Shown here: in pieces, positions 12,181 through 25,500 of the stretch | Layout of the letters: every line of letters begins with the position of its first letter | How positions within the stretch are numbered: the stretch's first letter is position 1 | Assembly (NCBI RefSeq): GCF_018977255.1 | Contig: NW_024704743.1 | Location: 106,270,001 to 106,334,000, forward strand | Reading direction: 5' to 3' | Length of the DNA stretch: 64,000 nucleotides | Origin: Callorhinchus milii | Lineage: Eukaryota | Notes under the pieces: model-generated | What the model was told of the DNA's origin: nothing | Seen by the model: only the letters and a program-made list of their open reading frames with translations | The model's database searches: none | Translations under genes and position numbers: made by a program

Positions 12181-12850
12181 TAAGCTCATCACCTCTGACG
12201 TGGATAACATGAACACCTTCTCATTAATTTCACTCTTAAAATAACCTCTGCTTTGAAAGCTCCTTCTTGTCTGAAACTGCAATTGTTATTTCATTTCGGC
12301 ATGTGACTTAGATCTCACCTTTAGGACATATTGAGCTTAATTCTGATTAATCGCTCTACACCATGCAGTGCAGACAGTTACCATCTATATATAACAGAAA
12401 TATTTATAACTTCAAACTGGAAGCTTGTATTTGTACTTGAGGGGTTCTCTAAATAGAATGTGAGGATGAAAACTGCCAACAAAGTCCAATAAAAATGTAA
12501 ATCTAACTGCTTTTCAGAGCATGTTGATTGTTGATTCTTGTCTCCTGCCCCATCAAGCAATATGCAGCTTCACATTTGAAGCCTAATTGTACTACTGTCT
12601 GTGACCTGCCTCTGTAATTTTCAGAAGAATATTTTATTTAACAAGGGTTTCTGATCTAATCTCTCTTTTGGTAATTTATGAAATCATTATTTGATATTTC
12701 TACTAAATACTTATTTTAAATTTTCTTTCAAACCCTGCTGTATAAGTATTAGTCATTTCCCAAAAGCTTAAAGGGGCACTGTCTTCACAAAACAACTTTT
12801 GCCAAATCTGTTTCCAAAGAGGGAATAAGTTTAAGAAAGTTAGAGGCTTA

Positions 12851-13010
12851 AACAACAAATTGCACTTGTATAGTGCCCTTCACGTCATTAAGGTGTCACA
12901 GGGCAATGGACAGTTAGGGATTTTTGGACCCGAGCTGGGAGTTGAGGTAAGGAGGAGTGGAGGGAAGGCACAGTCAAAGATGAAGGTCTTAAACGGGACT
13001 TGAAGGAGCC
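12851..13010 (-). mobile_element. L2 3' fragment
   Basis: Tail, stem-loop and CAGTCAAAGATGAAGGTCTTAAAC. Confidence 0.7.
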
Positions 13011-13920
13011 AAGAGCTGCTGAGTCCAGTTTTAACCAACAGTTGCTCTTACTGGAATCAGTGACTTTTTTATTGAATATATTATGGTCATAGTTAAAGAG
13101 TGCTCACTCTCAGCCAGGCTGGCATAGGGGCTGTTCAGGTGCCTGTGAGATGTTTCCTCAAAGGAAAGTAGGAACACAAGGTGACCATTCGTGCCAGCTC
13201 CACCATCAAGCCTAGATATATGTCCTTGTAACTGAGCAGAGATAGATACCATGAATTGGAAACAGGTCACTTAAGTGCTTGCAGTCTTACCCGGGAATAG
13301 CTTGTGAAATGCGGGAACCCTAAAGAGAGGAAGAAAAGTAACTAACACTATTTTTAAAAGTATTTTTGCTTACCAACAGGTAATTTCAGGACATGCATTC
13401 CCTGATGGAATGCAAGGATTGTTATTATTATTGATTGGGTGTCTGTCAAACTGCTTGCAACTGGTGGATGAGGCTTAGAAAGGTGTGTTGCTTTCTCACC
13501 TTGAGTTAGCCCTAGCTCCATGTAGCTCCTATACATTCAAGAGCTGCCTTCACATTTTGAGTTTCTAAATGTCCTCTTACCATTCACTGAGTGTTGAATT
13601 ATTTGTTTCACTATCTACAGAAATTAAAAGTAATTTTGAGTTGTGAAATAGGTAGAATAAAATTGCAGAATATGCTGAAATTAATGTGGTTATATAATGG
13701 ATTTTACTATTGTCATCCCCAGAGTGGCAGATGAGTGCATAGGTCTCACAAACTGAATTGCAGGTAACACTTTTTCAAAATGTAAGCCATGACTCAGTCT
13801 AAATGACTGCATGTCACTAAAGTTCAGAGCAGACAGGTTTACAAGACTATTCTGAGTCACAGCTTTGGCATCAATTTAATTAACTCCAATGACACGTGTT
13901 CCTGACCTCCCGACCCCATA

Positions 13921-14070
13921 AGTTAACGTTTCAGGTCATTGACCTTTCATCAGGACGTTCTGATGAAAGGTCATAGACCTGAAACGTTAACTCACTTTCC
14001 TCTCTCCATAGATGCTGCCTGACCTGCTGAGTATTCCCAGTGACTTCTGTTTCTATTTGAGATTTTCTGA
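13921..14070. mobile_element. Palindromic Penelope-derived/MITE-like repeat containing two inverted minimal hammerhead cores
   Basis: Near-perfect inverted repeat at 13921-13992, followed by CTCTCCATAGATGCTGCCTGACCTGCTGAGTATTCCCAG; related to the 49995-50545 element. Confidence 0.7.
13957..13992 (+). ncRNA. Candidate minimal type I hammerhead ribozyme motif
   Basis: GTT-CTGATGA-A-AGGTC(ATA)GACCT-GAAA-CG-TT-AAC: core, stem II and short stem I are all visible. Activity untested. Confidence 0.5.
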
Positions 14071-14142
14071 TGTCTGTTTGTTACAGGTTACAAATCCAAT
14101 CATTAGACTCGCAAACACACCAGGGATTTGAAACCTCTCATG

Positions 14143-14308
14143 TTTTTAACATCTCAGATGGTGCGAAAATTTCAAAAATAGTTTTTAATTCAGTCTAAAT
14201 TTGGAAGCCAATTTTCTGTATTCTTTATGATACTATGGAAAATCAATCTCCAAATTAAGGATGAACTTAAAACTGTTTCCCAAACTTATACCATCTGAAA
14301 TTTTAAGG
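14143..14308. repeat. AT-rich imperfect palindrome (~165 bp), member of a dispersed hairpin repeat family
   Basis: TCAGATGGTG...AATTCAGTCTAAATTTGGAAG...TTTTC mirrors GAAAA...CTCCAAATTAAGGATGAACTT...TACCATCTGA. Confidence 0.65.
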
Positions 14309-14364
14309 ATATAAGAACTTTTGTGACTAGAGATATCTATTTAAAGATTTGGGGCTGATATCAG

Positions 14365-14752
14365 TTTGGCTCAGTTTTACTCTGGTCTTGGGTTCCAACT
14401 CTATGGCACACCTTTGAGCTCACAGTCTTGGTTGAAACTCTAGTGCAGTGCTGGGTAGTGCTGCATTGTCAGAGCTGCCATACTTCAGGTCAAAAATGAG
14501 ATCCCATCTGCCAGTCCAGGTGGACGTTAAAGATCCCAAGACACTATTTAAAAAGGGAAGGGAATTTATCCAGATGTGCTGGGGCAACAAACCTCCAGAT
14601 AAATAAGTCATTCACTTCATGGCTCTTTGTGGGACATATCTGTGTGCAAAGTTGCCTCATCTGCCTACAAAATACACACAACATTGCACTTGTCAGAAAT
14701 TCTCTGTAGAGCACTTTGAGATATGGGGGCTTTTATCAAATCCAAGGATTAT
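14365..14752 (+). mobile_element. Old DeuSINE-like element (SacSINE1/AmnSINE1-type)
   Basis: AGTGCAGTGCTGGGTAGTGCTGCATTGTCAGAG...CAGGTGGACGTTAAAGATCCC...CACTATT resembles the Deu domain as I recall it; L2-type tail. Confidence 0.7.
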
Positions 14753-14844
14753 TTGACTAGAATTAATTTACTTGAAATATTCCCTGGTATTTAGTGAAGC
14801 TGATTGACTGTAATATTTAATTATAATCTTTGCTTTTGATACAG

Positions 14845-15230
14845 TTCCTTATCACTGTCATCAAGATGTCTCAAACTGTTTCACAGGATTTTACTGTGAA
14901 GTATAGTGACGTAGGCAAATGCAGCAGCCAAAATGCTCACAGCAATGTCCCACAAGTAACCATGAAGTGAATGAGCAATTTTACTTGGAGGATTATTGGC
15001 CAGGACACCAGGAGAAACTCCCTTCTCTTTTCAACTAATGCCATGGGATCAAAAACATCCACCTCAACAAGCAGTAGGGAACTCGTTGAAAGTCTCAGTC
15101 TTATCTGAAGTACGGCACCTCTGAAAATGCAGTGCTCCCCCAGACTGAACTGAAGTGTCAACCTAAACTAAGTTCAAAGACTACAAGGTGAGACTTGAAT
15201 CTTTAATCTTCTGACTCAAGGGCAAGAATG
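14845..15230 (-). mobile_element. Old DeuSINE-like element
   Basis: Reverse-strand match to the 14365 copy (ATGCCATGGGATC...CATCCACCT, GGCCAGGACACCAGGAGAAACTCC). Confidence 0.7.
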
Positions 15231-16064
15231 GAAAAGCACAGATTCAATTAATGTTCTACAAAAAAAAGTATCTCTAAGGAGTATGCTATACATTCTCTCT
15301 GCCAATTTCTTGCCTATTTTTCCTTTTACCCTTTCGCTCCTGAAGGCGTAACTCATATTTATGTGCCATTTTATTGGTTGCACTAATACTGCTGTAAATC
15401 AAAATTAATCAGAACGCAAACACTGCACCACTGAAGGGTAAGTTTACATCTTGGCTTAAGGCATGAAAGAGATTTCTGACTAGGTTGACATTTGTGAATA
15501 TCATGCTAAAGTTAAAGGTCTGGTTATTGATTTTCAACAAGAGCCCAGAGCCTTGCAGATTCAGCATTGTCACAAATGAAACCAAATTAGTTCCACGCTG
15601 CTTATATCAAATGGTTTAATCGTTAATATAATGGATTTAGGCTGGGTTGGAAAATGTAGCTTTGATAAATTTAAATTAGTGTTTACTTCAATGCCTTTTA
15701 TCACTGGGATTTATAAAGAAAGCATGGGTGGATAATTCACCAGCCGGAAGCAATACAATTGAATGCAGACTATGAGGAGATCAGTTATAGAGAATCCTGA
15801 ACATACTTAGGCATCTCCAAGCAAGCAATATATGATTGATTCTGCTGCAAACAAGTCAACCCATCCTTTCTGGGTAGTTGCAGTCTGGCCCAATGTAAAA
15901 TAGGCTTTACAACAAGCAGAAAATTAACCTTTTGGTTCTTGAGGCCCAATATTTCTTGTGGTCCTTGCCTTAAAAGCGTTGACTTAAAATTTAACATTGC
16001 CTTAAATTCAGTCTGAATTGGAAGCCAGTTTTTCAGGCTTCTTAAAAATATTTGCAGAAAATAA

Positions 16065-16208
16065 TTATTTGGGGAGGACAAGTTTGCAGGGCTATGGGGA
16101 GAGACTGGGGGAGTGGGATTAAATTGTATAGCTCTTTTCAAAGAGCTGGCACAGACATGATGGGTCAAATGGCCTCATTCTGTGCTGTATAATTCTACGA
16201 TTTTATGA
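16065..16208 (+). mobile_element. CR1-type LINE 3' end, inserted into a palindromic repeat
   Basis: GGGCTATGGGGAGAG...ATGGGTCAAATGGCCTCATTCTGTGCTGTATAATTCTACGATTTTATGA (CR1-type ATTCTATG tail). Confidence 0.75.
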
Positions 16209-16494
16209 AAAGCGTCTTTCCAGATTCAGATAGAATTAAAATTTTTTAAAAATGTTGCACAATCTCAAATTTTAAAACAAGGATCTCAAAGCTGACACCC
16301 TCACCATGAAGCATCTCAGACCTTCGAATGTGTGGTGCTTCACACAATAAAACCACATTCATCAGTAGGATTTACCAGATTGATGTTCAATAACGTTATA
16401 CTTGTATTCAGAATATTCTTTTCAGTGAGGGATATTTAAATCAATTGGACTGATAATTTCAATACTAATATAAGAGGACTTTCAATTATTCTGC

Positions 16495-16852
16495 CACTCT
16501 CCCATTGCCAGGCTCTCCAAGCACTCATGGGTGCTGGATAAGCCGGTCTCATAATTCCGTTACTCCTGTCACTGGATATTTAAGAGAATGAATCATCCAC
16601 CAATATCTCATAGCTGGGTTCTGCCAACATACTATCGCTGAACTCTGACAATATTCCACTCTCTGTGCTCTGTCATCTTCCCATGGCTGGTCTCTGGCAA
16701 TACCCCATTCTTGGTCCTGCCAACCTCCCATTGCTAGGCTCTGCCAAAACCTCAGGCCTGGCCCCTGGCAATTTCCCATAGCTGGACTCAACCAACACCC
16801 TTTTTACAAGCTTCTACCAATAGGCCTAGGCTCTGCCAATATCTCTTGGCTG
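16495..16852. repeat. Degenerate ~21-23 bp minisatellite (CCCATNGCTGGNCTCTGCCAAT-like)
   Basis: Units such as CCCATTGCCAGGCTCTCCAA, CCCATGGCTGGTCTCTGGCAAT, CCCATTGCTAGGCTCTGCCAA and CCCATAGCTGGACTCAACCAA. Confidence 0.7.
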
Positions 16853-16937
16853 TGCAGCCCATGAATAGAAGCCCAGAAACACAAGGGACAGCAGATCCAC
16901 TAAGGTGAAAGGAGAGATGGGCTCCGAAAAACTCTGA

Positions 16938-17962
<1,025 letters not shown>

Positions 17963-19469
17963 TGACGTGGAGTGGGAATAGCTCTGTTAATAACTGAAGT
18001 GAAAGGCAACTTTGTTGACAACATAACAAGTTGTTAAGGTTAAGAAAATACAGTTGCCAAACCAGAGGTTGAAACTAGGGTTGTGGTGATGAAAAAGTTA
18101 TTAAATAATATACCAGAATGAGCTTTAATGTTGATGATCATGGAGAGGCTAAAACTTATTACTATGATTATCATTTTCTGAAAAATGGTACTGAATAATA
18201 TTATGGTGCTAATTCATCTGTCAGCACAATTTTCCAAAATCTGGCTTATCTAAAGCTGTCTTGAATTTAAGATGCATTATATACTGGCAGTATGATCACG
18301 CACATTGTCTAGCAACTGAAAATGATGGTCATTTTTCCACATGTCTCTCTGATTTACGGAATCGAGAGGGAAAGGTGTTTCTTTTTTTATATATTGCAAA
18401 ATATGCTAGAAAGTGACTTTTTAAAACGGTGATATTATTGTGGAATACATTTTACCCAGATGTTCAAAAACAACTTTGCCAGGTTTCCATTCTGAAGTGT
18501 GTCACACGGGAGCTGAAATGGAATTTTATGTATCTACACTGTCTGGTAAACAGCTTAAGTAAGCCTTTCTGCATCAAAGCGTAAGCGTGCAGACTGTGGC
18601 TGTTTGGTATTTCAAATTACCGTAGCCCAGAATTTGTGGTATCAATGAGGGCAGGGCTATGGTGATTCCAGTCCAGAAGCCACAAATCGGATGTGGATTT
18701 ACCTAGACAGCCCAAGACCTGATTTAGTTTCAACCTCTGCATAAGCAGGCACATATCATGCTTGTAATGGGAGATAACTTAGCTGAGAGTTACAGAGGCA
18801 TATGGAGCTTCGCAGAATCTCAGCCGCTGTTCTAGTTGAAGTCAATTGTGTTAACGCAACCAGCTGTGCTGCTTCTCAAATATCAGAAGCTCTCTTTGAA
18901 TCTGAAATGTGCGGTGCAATATCTGGTGGGAACACAATGGGAGGATGGAAAGCGGGGTAGGAACACTCAATTGCATGACTTTGCAAAATTCTTGCAGGAG
19001 AAGTTCAGTAAAATTGCCTCCATTTTCATAGACCTAAGAGTGTACAATAGAACCTGAACGCTATGGTGTTTGTCACCGTAGAAGATCAGTGAGGAGTAAT
19101 TGATGTCAATGTGGCAGGAAGCATTTCTGAAATACATTTCATTTTTTTTTTTAAAATGTTGAATTTGGCCAGTTAGTGGAAGTCGTTTTTACTTACTGTA
19201 CATTATTTGCTTTTTCGTAGTTCTATTGGTGTGTGCTTTTGTCTGAAGAATATGAATTCAAAGGAAATATGCAAAGAATTGTTTCAGAGGAGTTTTGTGT
19301 CTCACAAAAAAAACATTCTTTTTAAAAGAAAGACTTTTTTGTACAAAATAGTTAATAATACATTACTTAATTCACCCGTTTCCAGATTTTTTTTCAGTTC
19401 ATCAAACTACAGTGTATATATTACGTGTCAAAGGATGTTTAACTCAATCTTAGCTCATTGCATTTTTCC

Positions 19470-19895
19470 TTTTTTAATTTTTTCCCTTCGCCTGAAGACA
19501 CTGATTCATGGTGATAGATTGTGTCAGCCATCTCCAGGAGCTTATCCAAATAGCCATTCTTTTATTCCACACAATGAGTTCTGGACAGTCTCCTCATCCA
19601 TTGGCAGGAATTACTGCTGAGCCTGATCCTGAACTTGGCCCAAGTCCACACAAACGCACAAACATACGCACGCATGCGCACAAAACACACACATCATATT
19701 CCAGAAGGATGATGATCAGGGGTTGCAAACCTTGGCTAATTTTCCCTCTCCCCACCCTCCAGTCCCACGGCATCTAGCCCAATTATAATATTGCTCCTCC
19801 AACTGAGATCAGCTAACTGGCCATGGACTGGGGATCAACATTTGGCCTTTCTGATCTATATGGCTACTCTCACACTAAAGAATGGCTTTACTAAA
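19470..19895 (-). mobile_element. Ancient AmnSINE2-like tRNA SINE within the putative XKR4 3' UTR
   Basis: Reverse reads GCCATATAGATCAGAAAGG...GTTGATCCCCAGTCC...TTAGCTGATCTCAG...CTTCAGGCGAAGGGAAAAA; homologous to the 44560 copy. Family name from memory. Confidence 0.6.
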
Positions 19896-20342
19896 TGAAA
19901 CATGTTAATTTAACACTGCGACTTCCCCCAAATTCCATCATTCACATCAATGTTTCTGATCTACAAAATAAATATCATCATTGATAACATAAACTGTGAG
20001 TACTGAAGGAACTCTTTAATGTTTAATGGAAACTAGATAATCATTTAACCATCCTGTATCGCTAGCTCTACAGTAAATATGGTAACGTCTGATTTTGCTC
20101 AGACCAAAATGTTATGAATATTGATGTGAAATACATGGCCATACTATAGTAGTTTGGCAGCTATCAAAAACATCTGGTGTGATTTGCAGTGAAGAGACTG
20201 GGTTTCTTTTTGATGTTAAGGGGAGAACGCTGGTCGTTGGACTGTGACCATAGCTTAGTTTATCCCAACGAGGAATTTACATGTTTTTAAGGGGAAAGTC
20301 TTATCTGAACATCAAACACCGATGAAAGGCCAATGGACATTG

Positions 20343-20520
20343 TAATAATAATCCTTGCATTTGATATAGCGCCTTATCATGTCTTTGAGATGTCTCAAAG
20401 TGCTTCACAGAATATACTGTAAAGTGAATTAACTGTATATTTTGTGGGAGAAACACGGCAGCCAATTGCACACAGCAGTGTCGCATAAGCAGTCATCGAT
20501 TGAGTGTCCAAATTATTTTT
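20343..20520 (-). mobile_element. SINE 3' half within the putative XKR4 3' UTR
   Basis: Reverse match to the SINE 3' region with tail. Confidence 0.85.
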
Positions 20521-22314
20521 TATTTATTTTGAAAGAATTATGTCTAGTTATGAATTGCTTCACAGATTGATGAGTTTCACTAAATCCCAAAGTTTCTCTC
20601 ATGTCAGCTTGTGAGTTGGCAGTAAGATCTGTGTTCCTAAAGTAACAAAAGACTTTTAATCAGTCTAATAAGATCTTTTTCTTTTGGGGGGTTTAGAAAA
20701 CAAATCTATAAAGTGAATAGCCTCACAGATCTATCATTCCTTCCCAGTGCTTGGCACAAAAATGGGGCTTAATTATACAAGACATTGCATTCAATCGTAG
20801 TTTTTAAATAGGCCAGATAGTGAAATGGCAAAAAGGAAAAGGATATCTTTTGTGCTGCAGCTTACATGATTCTGCCATTGTTTTGCTCCTGGTTCAGTCT
20901 TTAAAGTTGAGTTAAATATTTTTATTGTAGTCACACTATTGTTTGAATTGCTGATTAGAAACTTGCTGAAACTAAGCCAACTGGTGGATTAACACTTGCA
21001 TGGGAGAGGTTAACCAGTCTGTAACTTGGGATATTCAATTTCGTAGTAACAATCTTTGAGAGCAAACCTTGAGCAGTTTATCATAATCCTGGTATTGTTT
21101 TGCAATGGTTGCTTATTGCAAACCAGTTTTCTTTCATATGTTATTTGCAAATTGTGTAATTCCTTTCAGTTTTCAAGTGGTTTCTTGAGACTGTATTGGG
21201 ATAGCCCCTGCAAGTTAACAACAGTTTTTATGTCACTAAGATTGACTCCAACAGTTTATAATCAAAGTCCCTCATTGTATCATATCACATGGTGGGCCAA
21301 ATCAGTTTTACACGAAAATTCTAAGGTTTTATATGTGTGTGTATACTTATGTATAAATATATTTGTAAATCAAGACATATAACCTACAGTAAAGTGTCAC
21401 ATCACAGAATGATTAATGAATCCGAGCTGTCTAGTCCTGTAAAGTGTAGAGTTAAAGCATTTTACTGACATTAATACAATGGGTCGAATGGCCTCTTACT
21501 GTGTTGTCTATGGTTCAATGGTACCGGCAGTATTTGTAACTGGAGGGTGTGTAGAAGACTGAGGGTGTGCAGAATCTGCCAATTCAACAGAATTTGTGCT
21601 AGGGGAAGTACTCACTCAAATGTACAGTATACATATGTTGTTCACCATCACTGCACATGCAAATGAAAAATTGTTCTTAATTTTTTTTGCTTGAATGTAT
21701 GGCCTTAAGTAAAAATCACCATTTGAGAATCTTTCCACAAAATGTTCTCACAAACGGTCTTGTAAAGCCTTATAGGCCTGAGAGGAGATGGCTGTTCCAG
21801 GTAAATACTAAAACTGGGTAATTTTACATTTAATAATCCCATTTCCCTGTTAAAACTAGTAGTTTTATTGGGAACTATGATTTAAAGATCAACCATGGTC
21901 TAATATGTTAAATGGTCTGAACCCCTGTGCGTCTCCCAATCTCCCTACTTGCCAATTTCAACAATAAATCAATGAACCTGTCTGTTTTGATACATTTTCG
22001 ATAGCTTATGTGCTAATAAGTGCAGGAATGGATAAATAATGGAATTAATGTTAGCCCATTGAACTGCTAGACTATATTCCTGCTGCCTAACTGCTGCCTC
22101 CCTATGTTACACAGGGAGATAATATTGTTATAGCAACCAGCTTAGAAAGCTCATGAGTTGCATGACAGTAATATTGGCAAAAGATGGTGGCTGTTATGTG
22201 GATTTCATTTATCTTTTACACTATAAAGTCCTTCCTTCTACTGTGATTTAAATCCTCCTACTTTTTGACTCCTCCTCTCCTTTCCTGAAGGCAATGAAGA
22301 CTGCTTATACAATA

Positions 22315-22518
22315 AGCATAAGGGGATTCGATAAGGTGAACAAGTAGAAACTATTTCCACTGGCCCGTGAGTTGGTAACCCGAGGACACCAATTTATAAT
22401 AGTTGTTAAAGAAACAGGAAGAGGGGGAATGGGATTGATTTGGATAGCTCTTTTCAAAAAGCCGGCATACGCACGATGGGCCCAATGGCCTCCTTCTGTG
22501 CTATATAATTCTATGACT
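22315..22518 (+). mobile_element. CR1-type LINE 3' fragment
   Basis: GGGGATTCGATAAGGTGAAC...GATGGGCCCAATGGCCTCCTTCTGTGCTATATAATTCTATGA. Confidence 0.75.
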
Positions 22519-25500
22519 CTCTTCCTGAGCAATAACATCCTCCTTGGCTGAAATTCCACCTAGCCAAAGCTTTCAGACTATTTTGTTTTCAAATTTAAGA
22601 CCGACAAGAAAGAATTGTGGAAAATTGTTGAATTCAGTTTCTATTCAGAAGCCAGTTTCTTTGCAAGAACCTTTATAAGATCGGCTTCCAAATCAAGGTT
22701 GAAATTTTCTACAATTCTGGACAGTTTTGAATTACTCTGACAGACTGCTCAAATGGAATTCAAATGGACAGATATATGCATGCTGCATTATACTTGACGT
22801 CTGATTAAATTAAATCAAATGTAATAATTTATTTTCACACTCTTCATTGAGTTAGATGATTGTGAAGAAAGGAAATTGAGGGGTGGTTAACACACTGACG
22901 GTTAGTATAAATATACAGCATAATGAACTCATCTTAGAACAGGGTCAATGCACAATGCTGTACAACTACAATATTTAACAAAATACACCAAAATGTATTC
23001 TCTCTGTAGTTTTTAATTGAATTTAAACATTTGCATGTTAAAATTAAATTGATCTTATTATTTAATAGTTGTATGTATATTCACAGTATACTTTAAAGTG
23101 CCAGCTGCTCTCAGTCACCTTTTACTTGTATTTTAACATCTTTGTATCGACAGCTCATTTCTTTCATCCTGTAAAATAATACTTAATGGCCTTATGCGTT
23201 TAATTTGAATAAATCCATTTTAGTGTAGTTATTTCAGATTTTAGTTTCATATTTTCATTTTAGTGTACAGCACAATGCAGCTCTAAGGCTAACTAAGCAG
23301 TAAGCACAAGGCTTAAGTGACATCAATCTTACTACATTACTTGTGTATAGTGTCCGATCTCATTTTTTTTAAGCAACAAATTAAGTTCAGTTCAGGATCA
23401 CTGGAGCTTGGATTAACTAAAATGTTTCGAATATTTTGCTGTTTTTACATAAGCAAAGGTGCACCTATATTGAACCTGTAAACCTGTCGCATTGTAGTTG
23501 CTATTTTCAATAATGTGATTCCAGTTGAATAACAGGAGTCAAACAGGGCAAATGGAGATGATAAGACTAATTCATGTTGCTCTCTGTCTTCTAAACTAAG
23601 GGTTTGGAAAATTGGGCACAATCTTAAATGTCAGAGAGAGACCAGGTGGAATTTCAAGCATCTCTAAGAAATGTAGCAAAAATGAGGTCAAAGTCCAATC
23701 GTTTCAAAGCATAAACCACTACTTTATCCTACGCTGAATAAAGGAACTGCGTTGGTTTCATGTTTTTTTTTAAAAAAAAGAAGTCTAAAACATAAAGGGT
23801 GAAATACAAACAAATTAAATAAAAGACCTCTAGTGAAGCCCCTGTTTAGCTACCTGTAATATATTGGCATTGCATTCTATTTGAACAGTACGCTGTTTTA
23901 AGAAGAGTTAAGCCCATAACGTGTAGCATCTTTGCAGGAGAGAAATGACTGCTGTGTAGAAAAATTATGCGAATCACCTGTATTTCCAGCAACAAAGCCC
24001 GGCCTAAAAAGGAAGAATACTGTAAACGGTTACAGTCAGAATAAATAATTGTATATCGTCAGTCTTTTGTGTAAAATGTTTTTCATGTTAAAGTTCATCA
24101 CACATTCAAAGTTTTGATAGGGTTGTAATAATAGCTGACTAGTTACATATTTGCACATCACCTCAACCATTGTAATGTCTATTTAAACGGTATGTCATGG
24201 TGTGCTGTGAATGTAGATGTATACATTCAAAAACATATGATATATTTATTAACCGATTGAGTCATCTTTAATTTGTATCATTCACAAACCCTTTTTTAAA
24301 TTTTTCATAATGCTTTGTATGTTACTTGTAAATATGCATTTTTTTTAAAAAAAAAGTTTGACATGATAGATTTTCAGTTTTGGGTAAATATGCATTTTTC
24401 ACCTTGAATAGTTAATCTTACAACAGCTATGCAAAACAACAACATTGGAAAACTGAAGGACTTTTCAATGCAATTTCCCTTTTTATTGAGCTGCATGCTG
24501 CTATGCAGGATATGTGTTTCTCTGTCCTATCAAGGGCTTTGCCAACAGTACTGCAGGACTGCAATGGAATTTCAATTACAAGGAGAATAAGAGGATGTTA
24601 TATTAGTTGATACCATTTGATGGATTGTGAAATTATTTATTATGATAATAAAATCTGCCTTTGAAATTGGGGAAAAAAGGATCCTTCCACTTTTGTATTT
24701 TGGGGGTTCTCTTCATTTCATTTGGTGCAAAGGCTTTGGTTAACTATGCATTCTTGCAGAGCATTATAAACTTCTTGTAATGTGAAGTATATTTTTGTTA
24801 TAGAAGAAAACTTCAATGCTCATAGTCCAAAGTTCAAAACTTTCACAGCTCAATTATTCTGACTCAGTCTCCGTAAAATTCTACTCTTTGGTAAATCTTC
24901 ATTGGGTTCCTGATTGTACAGGACATAATTCCTCTGTAAATCTTTGAGCCTTGACTATAATCTGGTCATATTTGATGTGAGGGATGGAATAATTAAACAA
25001 AAGATTATAGACATTTAGAGCATCAGTTCTCATATTAATTTCAGGGCAAGTGTTGGTTTTTATTACAAGAACAACTTGCATTTTTCCAGTATAGTGCCCT
25101 ACACGTAGGATAGTGTCTTGGAGCACTGGGAAACTCTTCAAATCACAAATATAAAACCTTGTTAATGTGGATTATTGACAATATGATTTCAAATTCAGTC
25201 CAATTTGGATTTTTTAAAAAAATGCCATAACAAAACGTTCAGTTACATGTTATTACTTTCTATAAATACAAGTAAGTTGTTTGACTAAGATAATAAAAAA
25301 AATCACAAGCAGTATTGGTTTGAAATCAGCAAAATAGTTTAGTCAATAACTACACAGAATTAGAAATCCGAGAAAACATTTAAAGGATGTGTTTTCAGGA
25401 CAAAGTGTTTAGCGTAAACTTCCTGATACACCAATATAATTATTGCTACATTTATCAGTGACCTTGAGTGTTGTGGCTAAGGATCCTTATGGTTCTCCCT

